DNA from: a virus
Lineage: Duplodnaviria > Caudoviricetes
IMG/VR virus record: IMGVR_UViG_3300021400_001580
Span: 25,281 to 89,280 of that record
DNA: 64,000 nt
Strand: one strand, 5' to 3'
The notes beneath the pieces were generated by a model. That model did not search any database. It was not told the DNA's origin and was given only the letters and a program-made list of their open reading frames with translations. Of this stretch, positions 51,745 through 59,123 are shown one piece after another. The position numbers and the translations under genes are program-made. Within the stretch, counting starts at the first letter, position 1. The number at the start of each line of letters is the position of its first letter.

Positions 51745-52503
51745 TTATAGAATATATTTAAGGTAATACTGCATGAGTTCTTTCTGAAAGTCCTCAATAA
51801 GCTGTAAACCTTTTTCTTGTACATTTGCTTTGAACTCATTAAGCTCAAATTCTTCTTTTTGTTTATTTAATAAATCAGCAATGGTGTCGCATTCCATGTT
51901 ATAATAGTCTTCCAAAGCATCACTCTTGTCGCATTTAGCCTTATATGCTTGCTCATAAGCTTGCGGCGAAAGTTCAAGTAAGTGTGTGACATCGAGACTT
52001 TCTGTAAAGACATCCGCCGTACTACGTAGCCGCAAAGCGTGGGAAAGGCGTTTTCCTGCAGACATATTACGTTTAGTTAACTGATGCGTCATACCCGCAA
52101 TCGCATATAACATATGACGATAATTACAATGAGCCATAAAGTTAAGGCAAGATTTATCTTCTAGATACTTTTTCACAATTCCTTCGTATGCGGGCTCATA
52201 ATAACGATACTTACCTACAAAGTATTCGACGCTATTGGGAGAAGTTTTCTTAAGAAGATTAAGTGCAAAACGAATGTCTTTATACATACATTTACCATCT
52301 TCTACTTCAAACTCGCCATTCTTAGGTTCGCGCGCGAATGCTAAATCTTCGGCACTAGGAAAAATAAAGGTAAAAGTATCAATGTCGCTGTCTGCGCTAT
52401 CTAATTTATAATTTTGCGATCCGATTAACACTGTAAAAACAGGCTCATATCCCCGCTCTTTCACTTTCATATGATGCGTATAAACATCAGTAAGAATATC
52501 CAT
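51745..52503 (-). CDS. Pol-beta-superfamily nucleotidyltransferase
   Basis: LIGSQNYKLDSADSDID motif, KDIR, SPNSVE; promoter at 52527-52555. Confidence 0.85.
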   Translation of the reverse strand: MDILTDVYTHHMKVKERGYEPVFTVLIGSQNYKLDSADSDIDTFTFIFPSAEDLAFAREPKNGEFEVEDGKCMYKDIRFALNLLKKTSPNSVEYFVGKYRYYEPAYEGIVKKYLEDKSCLNFMAHCNYRHMLYAIAGMTHQLTKRNMSAGKRLSHALRLRSTADVFTESLDVTHLLELSPQAYEQAYKAKCDKSDALEDYYNMECDTIADLLNKQKEEFELNEFKANVQEKGLQLIEDFQKELMQYYLKYIL

Positions 52504-52600
52504 TCTATCCCTCCTCTTCTTTATCTATTATATCAAAAAATAGGAAAAAAGTCAAGCATTAAATATGCTTGACTTAAAAAGAAGGTGAAAAAATGGGTGA

Positions 52601-54094
52601 TTAGATCACGGAGAAAATGGCACGATAGCGATCACTTTCAAGCATTTCAAGCATCATTTCGACACCATCTTTTCCAGACAGTACTCCTTCAAGGGCACTC
52701 ATTGAAAAGCCGCTACAATATGAGAAACCGGGGCCAATTGCAGGAATATTATTCTGACGCGAATCAAGATTCCAGAAAATCACACGCGGAGCAGAATAGC
52801 CTGCGGCTTTCCATTCACGCGCTTTGCGTTCAATCAATGTATCAATTTCTGAGCGCTCAATGGTAGTATAATTCCATGAGCGCGGTCGACTATTGTTCAT
52901 CATGATGCAGTGGTCGAATTCCATGTCACTAAAAATATAAATTGTTTTTGGCATTTCTGCATCCGAGACATGATTACGTTTAGCAGTATTTAATAGTAGA
53001 TCAAATACGGCTTCAATATTAGTATTCTGGCCCCAATCAGCGTTTTCAGCACGAATAAATTTATCGTAGATATCAACGCCTTCAAACTCTACCAGTGTAG
53101 GAGCGGAGCTAAAAGTAATAAAATGATTCTGAAAAGGACCACGCCCGCGCTCTGCGATATAAGCGCCCATAGAAATTGCGGCCTCTATTGGTAAACCATA
53201 CATACTACCGCTTACATCGACAACAGCAATACCAGGTTCTTCGCGCCCGCCGTAATAATCTTTAAGATTATCCCAATACTTCTGCCAAGCCTGGCGCTCA
53301 GTAGCAGATGGGGTGCGCCAAGTTTCATAACTAAGAATCTGATGTGCAATTTCTACCGGGGTTAGTACGGAAGCATTAACTTTAGTATTCTTATTCGCCA
53401 TAAATTCAGCGTATCGCGCACGAATCTCTTCACGGCGCATAAAGGCGCTTTTATAAAGGAGCCCGGCGCGGGCAGGAAGATGCTCGAATGCAATTTCATC
53501 CCAACGGTTCTGGCTCATAAGGGTTTCGACAAGATTACATGCCTTACGTCCCTCAGAAAGCATCTTACGGTATTCACGAGGGGTCATATTAAAAGCTTCA
53601 CGTGTTTTGCGCGCGAAGCGCTTTGAATCCTTCGAGGAACAGTTTTCACTCTTTAGCCACTTATACACCAGATGGTCTTCATTCTGATTAATCACCTTAT
53701 ATAGATAATCAAACATTTCATTTTCACATGGCGTATTTTCTAGTACAAACAAGTCATCATAGCGTCCATACATGGCAACATATGGAATAAGATGAATTGC
53801 CTCTCGCTCATATTCCTGCGCGAGCCACTTATAGCAAACACGGAAGAAGCGTCGTTCGCCCGCGCCGCCGCGTGCGTCGCGCAGATAAAATAGACACTTT
53901 AGTGCAAGAGTTGCATCCTCTTCATATGCCGACTTAAACATAAGAATTACATCTTTGTCTGAGCGAGTACGCATAGAACCGCCCATAGCGAACATATCTA
54001 ACACTTTGTTTAGAGTTGATTTATGAGTAATAGCAGAATTTTCTGTAAAAGTGTAATTACTTTCCTTTTTCATTGCATTCAAAAAATCATTCAT
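52601..54094 (-). CDS. DUF2828 / TROVE (Ro60-like) protein with vWA domain
   Basis: FTENSA...LDMF...ALKCLFYLRDARGGAGERRFFR, YGRYDDL, vWA VVDVSGSM, FITFS, NTN, IFSDMEFD, FWNL, SGFS. Confidence 0.85.
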   Translation of the reverse strand: MNDFLNAMKKESNYTFTENSAITHKSTLNKVLDMFAMGGSMRTRSDKDVILMFKSAYEEDATLALKCLFYLRDARGGAGERRFFRVCYKWLAQEYEREAIHLIPYVAMYGRYDDLFVLENTPCENEMFDYLYKVINQNEDHLVYKWLKSENCSSKDSKRFARKTREAFNMTPREYRKMLSEGRKACNLVETLMSQNRWDEIAFEHLPARAGLLYKSAFMRREEIRARYAEFMANKNTKVNASVLTPVEIAHQILSYETWRTPSATERQAWQKYWDNLKDYYGGREEPGIAVVDVSGSMYGLPIEAAISMGAYIAERGRGPFQNHFITFSSAPTLVEFEGVDIYDKFIRAENADWGQNTNIEAVFDLLLNTAKRNHVSDAEMPKTIYIFSDMEFDHCIMMNNSRPRSWNYTTIERSEIDTLIERKAREWKAAGYSAPRVIFWNLDSRQNNIPAIGPGFSYCSGFSMSALEGVLSGKDGVEMMLEMLESDRYRAIFSVI

Positions 54095-54102
54095 GTTATT
54101 TA

Positions 54103-54132
54103 TCTCCTTTTCATCTTAGTCTTTGTCAAGAC
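54103..54132 (-). promoter_or_regulatory. Hairpin + RBS leader, copy 1 (in front of the DUF2828/TROVE gene)
   Basis: Minus strand GTCTT-GACA-AAGAC then TAAGATGAAAAGGAGA. Confidence 0.55.
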
Positions 54133-54380
54133 AGCGGGATATAAGTATCTTCAAATGCGTATTTTGTCATTACAAAACTATGTGTATTATCTATCACAAT
54201 ATAATCATTAATTGAGGCACTATAACTATCATTATTATCATTTAACAAAAGAGACAAACGCCCATTCTCCATGATACGTCCATATTTATACTTCTCTTTT
54301 AAAAAATCTTTAATCTCATTAATATTCATACCATTATAAACAATTGCATCAATAGTTTTTGGCTTCCGACAATATTGCAT
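54126..54380 (-). CDS. Hypothetical phage protein (YRKKP..I.A type)
   Basis: MQYCRKPKTIDAIVY...DYIV...FEDTY. Confidence 0.7.
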   Translation of the reverse strand: MQYCRKPKTIDAIVYNGMNINEIKDFLKEKYKYGRIMENGRLSLLLNDNNDSYSASINDYIVIDNTHSFVMTKYAFEDTYIPLS

Positions 54381-54386
54381 TTTAAT

Positions 54387-54416
54387 TCTCCTTTTCATCT
54401 TGGTCGTTGTCACGAC
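54387..54416 (-). promoter_or_regulatory. Hairpin + RBS leader, copy 2
   Basis: Minus strand GTCGT-GACA-ACGAC then CAAGATGAAAAGGAGA; promoter TTGACT-17-TATAAT at 54485-54513. Confidence 0.55.
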
Positions 54417-54508
54417 TGTAAGAGTATTTATAAAATGTGCATATCGAAAAGTTTATTAAGCATTTCTTATCTTCTAACATAACTATTATACCATAGATTT
54501 AGATAAAG

Positions 54509-55117
54509 TCAAATAATAGAAGTGTATGGATAAGTATCTTGCGGCTGAAGTGCTATCGGTAGACGCCCAATTTCTTCCCAACGCTGACGAATATCTGTGA
54601 TTACTTCGTCAATATGCACTGGTGTGCAATTATGAGCATCCATGCCTACATCGTACATGAAAGGATTACGTGGATCGATCCAAGGTTTCCTAGAATGTAC
54701 ATGCCCATGAAGGCTTAATACATGTTCGCTGAAATGCTTTTGGTCATAATTGCTCGTAAGCGTGGGGTAATGGCTCATATAGATAGAAAGTTTATTATAT
54801 TTAAACTGATGAGCATATCCTAGTGCAATCACATTAGGAAGCGAGCCAAGAAGCTTTTTACGTATATCACTATCGTGGTTGCCCCAGGTAATACTAATCT
54901 GCCCATTTAGTCGCTTAAAACATGCAAGGCCATGTGCGCTATCATTGAGCATAACGTCTCCAAGGTGTATTACCATGTCCTCTGGCTTAACCACTTTATT
55001 CCAATTTTCAATAATAGCTTCATCCATTTCTTCTACAGAAGAAAAACCTCTGGGTTTCCAAAGGAACTCGGGCTGATGCCCAAAGTGGGTGTCACTAGTT
55101 ACGAATATCTCACTCAT
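54509..55117 (-). CDS. Calcineurin-like metallophosphoesterase
   Basis: TSDTHFGH, HLGD, WGNHD, SHYP, LHGHVH. Confidence 0.9.
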   Translation of the reverse strand: MSEIFVTSDTHFGHQPEFLWKPRGFSSVEEMDEAIIENWNKVVKPEDMVIHLGDVMLNDSAHGLACFKRLNGQISITWGNHDSDIRKKLLGSLPNVIALGYAHQFKYNKLSIYMSHYPTLTSNYDQKHFSEHVLSLHGHVHSRKPWIDPRNPFMYDVGMDAHNCTPVHIDEVITDIRQRWEEIGRLPIALQPQDTYPYTSII

Positions 55118-55132
55118 AGGTGATTGTCTCCT

Positions 55133-55600
55133 TTACACACAGCAAATATCTACTATACGTTTATCTTCCTTCATATCGGGCATACGAAAATTATTATACA
55201 TCGTTTGAATCGCAGTTTTTGGTACACGTGCACGTCCTGTACGCGCTTCGTTATGCTTTAAACAAGTCTTTAAATTAGTTTTAAATACAATATACATGAT
55301 AGAATAATTACTAGTGTAGTTATCAATAGCATTGATAAGCTTTTTGCGCGAGCACTCATTTAAATGAGTCGCGTCAGCAATTACATCTTTGCCGTTTCTA
55401 AGCCCTTCAACGATGGTAGATACGAAATTTTTAAAAGTTTCTTTTTCATGCGCAAAGTACTCATCGGCATCTTTCATCATAGAAAAACGAATGGTGTCAC
55501 GAGACACATAAGTAATTTCAGGATGCTCCTTAATAAATTCTTTCGCCCAGGTAGTTTTACCACTTCCGCTTGGTCCGCACAAAACATAAAGTAACGGCAT
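55133..55600 (-). CDS. AAA_33 / polynucleotide 5'-kinase-like P-loop protein
   Basis: LCGPSGSGKTTWA, SRDTIR, IADATHL, HNEARTGRARVP; promoter at 55625-55653. Confidence 0.85.
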   Translation of the reverse strand: MPLLYVLCGPSGSGKTTWAKEFIKEHPEITYVSRDTIRFSMMKDADEYFAHEKETFKNFVSTIVEGLRNGKDVIADATHLNECSRKKLINAIDNYTSNYSIMYIVFKTNLKTCLKHNEARTGRARVPKTAIQTMYNNFRMPDMKEDKRIVDICCV

Positions 55601-55654
55601 TCTATCCTCTCCTTTCATACATTAATTATACTCTAATTTTCGATAAAAGTCAAA

Positions 55655-55684
55655 TAAAAAAAGTGGGACAGCAAATGCTGTCCC
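55655..55684 (-). terminator. Intrinsic terminator
   Basis: GGGACAGC/GCTGTCCC stem then T-run on minus strand. Confidence 0.8.
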
Positions 55685-55689
55685 GAAGT

Positions 55690-56070
55690 AAACTTGCCAG
55701 TCTTAAGGGGCGACTTTTGCTTAAAGCATTATCCCACTGGCGCCGTGCGGTGGCGATTTTAGGTGCCGCCGCCATCACACCTATGATGCACAGTCGTTAT
55801 TATACAGAGTGACTGGTACCTCTGAGGCCGATTTAACGAGCATGGCCGCGTACTCGAAGTGCCTAGCGTTTCAGGCTCTTTTAGGGTATTGTGACCTGCG
55901 CCCCTGCATTTATCAGGTGTACTTTAAATAGTAGTCACGTCCTTATTTACTACCCGCAGGAGTGATAATACCCATTCACGCATGACCGTTAGAGCCATAG
56001 GTCATAGGACTCACCTTGTATCTGGGTAAGCATTTCAGCTCCATGTCAGTACAAGGGATGGTTACATATT
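55690..56070 (-). ncRNA. Candidate large structured ncRNA (~380 nt), unidentified
   Basis: GC-richer non-coding gap with helices CCTTGTA/TACAAGG, ATGACC/GGTCAT, GTAGT/ACTAC, CAGTC/GACTG, GCGGTGGCG/TGCCGCCGC; ends at a terminator. Confidence 0.55.
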
Positions 56071-56097
56071 TTTAACCCGCCTATTCCCATCCGGCGG

Positions 56098-56310
56098 TTA
56101 TGGCTTAATTGCATTAAGAACGTTTTCCAGATCCTGCTGGGTTAGTACGTTCGTTGCATCCATTTCAGTTAGATAAATATCAGCGATATCATGGTATACG
56201 TCTGTAAGATACTTTAGCGCGGTAGCATAATCTGCAGCATGGACTACGCCGCCTTCCTCCGTTAGCTCATAGCTGTCTTCCACATAATTAATACGATACA
56301 TATAGAACAT
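56098..56310 (-). CDS. Acidic hypothetical protein
   Basis: Track ORF with RBS. Confidence 0.65.
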   Translation of the reverse strand: MFYMYRINYVEDSYELTEEGGVVHAADYATALKYLTDVYHDIADIYLTEMDATNVLTQQDLENVLNAIKP

Positions 56311-56319
56311 AATCTATCC

Positions 56320-56688
56320 TCACTTTCTATTCTTATGCTTACGATAATCAATACGATTTACACGCACGTCAGGTTGTTCTTGCCATACTCCACAACGAGT
56401 GACAATAAAATTATTAAAGTCAGACCAAAATTTCCATCCCATGTCTAGACCAGTATACCAGCTGGACCAAGTAATATCAGTTTTACGATCGTGCATAGTT
56501 ATATAGGCGCGCATAATGCCACCGCTCCCATCCTCAAACTTTTCCATGTCTCTTTGCTCGATCGTAATATAAAATCGGCCCATCCAGAGTTCATCATTGC
56601 GGATAACTCTATTTACATAATGTTTATACTGATTAAACCAAAGCTTATGACGCCAAGTCTGTCTCGTTCTCAAGTTATAATCTCTCAT
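56320..56688 (-). CDS. Hypothetical protein
   Basis: Track ORF; promoter at 56715-56743. Confidence 0.7.
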   Translation of the reverse strand: MRDYNLRTRQTWRHKLWFNQYKHYVNRVIRNDELWMGRFYITIEQRDMEKFEDGSGGIMRAYITMHDRKTDITWSSWYTGLDMGWKFWSDFNNFIVTRCGVWQEQPDVRVNRIDYRKHKNRK

Positions 56689-56738
56689 TATGCCATCCCC
56701 TTTCTTATACTTCTATTATACCTAAATTTTAATAAAAG

Positions 56739-57188
56739 TCAAATATTAGGATGCCACTCTTCTATCGAGATGTTATGTGCCCGAAACCAATCTTGTACGG
56801 GCCAACGTTCACTACAAGGATTATCATATTTTTCAAAGAACATGAATGCAAAGTCAAAATCTTTATCGGTTGCCGCGTAATCATTACATATCTTTTCATG
56901 AAGCCGATATAGCGTTTGCATAAAATCATCAAAATTAATTGCATCTAGTTGTTTGCGGTATTCGCGCAAGAAAGCGCAATCATTTGGGTGTTTTGGGTTA
57001 CATTTACCATTGCAGAGGCCGTCACAGGAATGTCCTGGCCGTAACGGTGGGCAATTAAGGCTAATTATGCCATTTTTATCAATACCACCGACTTTATACC
57101 ATTTCGGCGACCAAATCGTAGTATTTAATGCGATTAAATTTGAAGGAAAGCGGCGCACTTGCGCCCAGTAAGATGTATACAGTTTCAC
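56739..57188 (-). CDS. DUF488-like protein
   Basis: MKLYTSYW...FLREYRKQL...FEK...CSERW pattern. Confidence 0.6.
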   Translation of the reverse strand: MKLYTSYWAQVRRFPSNLIALNTTIWSPKWYKVGGIDKNGIISLNCPPLRPGHSCDGLCNGKCNPKHPNDCAFLREYRKQLDAINFDDFMQTLYRLHEKICNDYAATDKDFDFAFMFFEKYDNPCSERWPVQDWFRAHNISIEEWHPNI

Positions 57189-57209
57189 TTATTTACCTAC
57201 CTTTTTAAA

Positions 57210-57369
57210 TTACGGGGTGTGCAGTAGCTCCATAGAGTATCAATCACACGTATCTCTGAGAGATTTCACAGACTTGCTCTGCAGCGAATGCACGGAGTTG
57301 TCCCCTCCGAGTGTTCTCCCTTTACGAGCTGTATTTTCTTCGCGCCGTTTAATGCTTGGCTACCCGTAA
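57210..57369 (-). ncRNA. Candidate ~160-nt multi-branch structured RNA
   Basis: Terminal helix TTACGGG/CCCGTAA, inner AGCTC/GAGCT, hairpins CGGAG/CTCCG and ATCTC/GAGAT. Confidence 0.5.
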
Positions 57370-57373
57370 CTCA

Positions 57374-57667
57374 TTACATAGTAATACGTAGAGTAAAGCT
57401 TACACTAATTTCCTCTCCATTAAGGTTCTCATCGACAGAAACGAGATGAGCATCAATAGTACCGGCATCGTATAGTACCTTGTCATCCTTCATAATCTTA
57501 AGAGAAGTAATGGTTTCATTAGCAAGTGCATAGATATCATTACTAGTACTACGTACATAACAATATGCTTGACTAGTTATCTGCTCATTGCCCATTTCAA
57601 AATTAGTGTTACGATTGAAGCCGGTAAGTTCAGCCTCGAATGTGTTGTTTAGAATTAGTTTAATCAT
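57374..57667 (-). CDS. Hypothetical protein
   Basis: RBS AGGAGG; clean ORF. Confidence 0.7.
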   Translation of the reverse strand: MIKLILNNTFEAELTGFNRNTNFEMGNEQITSQAYCYVRSTSNDIYALANETITSLKIMKDDKVLYDAGTIDAHLVSVDENLNGEEISVSFTLRITM

Positions 57668-57698
57668 AAAAAGACCTCCTTTTTGATAATTGAGAATG

Positions 57699-57769
57699 CT
57701 GGGGTGGTTGGATTTGGACCAACGATGCAGGAGTCAAAGTCCTGTGCCTTGCCGCTTGGCTACACCCCA
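57699..57769 (-). tRNA. tRNA-Gln(TTG)
   Basis: TGGGGTG/CACCCCA acceptor; CAGGA-CT TTG AC-TCCTG; GTTGG-TCCAAAT-CCAAC. Confidence 0.92.
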
Positions 57770-57780
57770 TTGTTGATAAT

Positions 57781-57879
57781 TAATGCAGGTAAGGATTTGC
57801 ACCTTACATGTCCGCGCGTTCACCACCCAATTCTATCCGCGGACTGTGGCAAGCGTCTACCTATTCCGCCACTGCTCAT
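57781..57879 (-). ncRNA. Aberrant tRNA-like element (Leu-type D arm and T arm, no normal anticodon arm)
   Basis: TGGCGGAATAGGTAGACGC D arm; GTCCGCG/CGCGGAC stem with large loop; GTAAGG-TGCAAAT-CCTTAC T arm. Confidence 0.55.
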
Positions 57880-57896
57880 ATCGTTAAATGGCAATT

Positions 57897-58031
57897 TTAC
57901 TTCTCAGTACACGCCCGAATAGCGTTCATAATAGCATCCTGTACAGTTTCAAACTTGCCTTTTTCCATAAAAGCCATAATTTCGTCAAAGTCTTTCCAAT
58001 TAAATACAATATTGATAAGTTCTTCCTTCAT
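57897..58031 (-). CDS. 44-aa peptide between duplicated tRNA-like 5' halves (absent from track)
   Basis: RBS AAAGGAG + MKEELINIVFNWKDFDEIMAFMEKGKFETVQDAIMNAIRACTEK, TAA. Confidence 0.6.
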   Translation of the reverse strand: MKEELINIVFNWKDFDEIMAFMEKGKFETVQDAIMNAIRACTEK

Positions 58032-58094
58032 TGTTCTTTGCTCCTTTCCTTTTCGTCAATCGGCAATTTGGCACCGTATTGATTCATTTAAAGT

Positions 58095-58127
58095 TGTGGC
58101 AAGCGTCTACCTATTCCGCCACTGCAT
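58095..58127 (-). repeat. Second copy of the tRNA-like 5' half
   Basis: GCAGTGGCGGAATAGGTAGACGCTTGCCACA is identical to 57845-57875. Confidence 0.9.
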
Positions 58128-58130
58128 TAG

Positions 58131-58217
58131 CGGCGCCAGCACGACTTGAACGTGCATATCCTTTTACAGATACCCTCGTCTTAGCAGGACGGGGCGTTAC
58201 CATTCCGCCATAGCGCC
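58131..58217 (-). tRNA. tRNA-Ser(GCT)
   Basis: GGCGCTA/TGGCGCC acceptor, CT GCT AA loop, long variable arm, GCACG-TTCAAGT-CGTGC. Confidence 0.9.
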
Positions 58218-58373
58218 ATTTTAGATGTGCTGTTACGCCAAATTTCTTATCTATTGCCCATTCGCACATCATACTTATAGGACACATAATTGTAAGCCTA
58301 TAATACATTTCGCGCAAACGGAGAAGAGAAAACTCCTTAGCTGATGGCTGCTTCTAAGCCTACAGTTCTAAAT

Positions 58374-58589
58374 TTAGACTTCGGTAATTTTAAATTCAGT
58401 AGTGAAATATGTACCACAAAAATCACATCTTCCATGCCCAAATGATAGTTCAAATGTACCACCGCATTTCGGGCAGGTAATTGGATGTGCTTCAATTAAT
58501 TTACATTGAAGCGCATATGTTTTTCCATCTGGCAATCGTACCCTGCTAATAAAACCGTCTACTTGTGTTCCGTCCTCTAATGTATACAT
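58374..58589 (-). CDS. Zn-ribbon hypothetical protein
   Basis: RBS GGAGG + MYTLEDG; CPKCGG...CDFCG. Confidence 0.7.
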   Translation of the reverse strand: MYTLEDGTQVDGFISRVRLPDGKTYALQCKLIEAHPITCPKCGGTFELSFGHGRCDFCGTYFTTEFKITEV

Positions 58590-58727
58590 ATTTCCTCCAA
58601 TAAGAAAACGCCGCGGAAGAGTTGTAGATACTACTCTACCTCTTTCAAATAGGGCTCTTCCACCATAAGGTTCCCAACGCGGCAATCTAGTAAGATCCCC
58701 GAGGGTATCTTCTATTCAAATAAAAAC

Positions 58728-58789
58728 TAGGCCATATTAAAAATTATCATTTCTCATTTAATCTTGTTTGTAATTGCTGTAATGGCCTA
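58728..58789 (-). ncRNA. Y-RNA-like small RNA 2 (terminal stem + TACAGCA + A/U-rich loop)
   Basis: Minus strand TAGGCCAT-TACAGCA-...-ATGGCCTA (8-bp terminal stem). Confidence 0.6.
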
Positions 58790-58796
58790 TAAATAC

Positions 58797-58910
58797 TAGA
58801 CAGCTTCATAATTAATTGCTCTACCAACTGAGCTACTTCTCCAATGGAGAAGATTGGATTTGAACCAATAACACATTACTTCTATGTAAGCAAACTGCTG
58901 TAACTGTCTA
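58797..58910 (-). ncRNA. Circularly permuted tRNA-mimic RNA with YrlA/Y-RNA-like topology
   Basis: Minus strand 5' TAGACAG-TTACAGCA...TAAT-GTGTT-[ATTGG TTCAAAT CCAAT]-CTTCTCC-ATT-GGAGAAG-TA-[GCTC AGTTGGTA GAGC]-A-ATTA...G-CTGTCTA 3'. Order: T arm, capped acceptor stem, D arm, inside a 7-bp terminal stem. Confidence 0.8.
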
Positions 58911-58916
58911 TCTGTG

Positions 58917-58989
58917 TCGAAGACGTCAGATTTGAACTGCAATTGGGGCTCCCGAAGCTCCCGTGTTACCGGATTACACTACGTCCTCG
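58917..58989 (-). tRNA. tRNA-Pro(CGG), atypical
   Basis: TT CGG GA loop; 8-bp acceptor CGAGGACG/CGTCTTCG; weak T stem and an A-C mismatch in the anticodon stem. Confidence 0.65.
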
Positions 58990-59094
58990 ATAAATGCGGC
59001 TTTCGCCGCGAGAAAGGAGATGCTCTTTTCTAAATCTTTTGCAACAAATTTTCAAATTGCCTTTTATGTAAATCTTATCTCACTTTCTATAATC

Positions 59095-59123
59095 ATTATA
59101 TCAGAAATTCTCTTCATTGTCAA
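59095..59123 (-). promoter_or_regulatory. Sigma-A promoter upstream of the tRNA-Pro/Y-like RNA cluster
   Basis: TTGACA-17-TATAAT. Confidence 0.75.

Noticed and set aside
3757-57171. Numerous short plus-strand ORFs antisense to minus-strand genes
   Set aside because: Shadow frames of well-supported genes; no promoters or RBS on the plus strand after 3642
57781-58127. tmRNA
   Set aside because: No G3-U70 alanine identity or CCA end, has a full D stem, and the internal ORF has its own RBS and ATG rather than a resume codon
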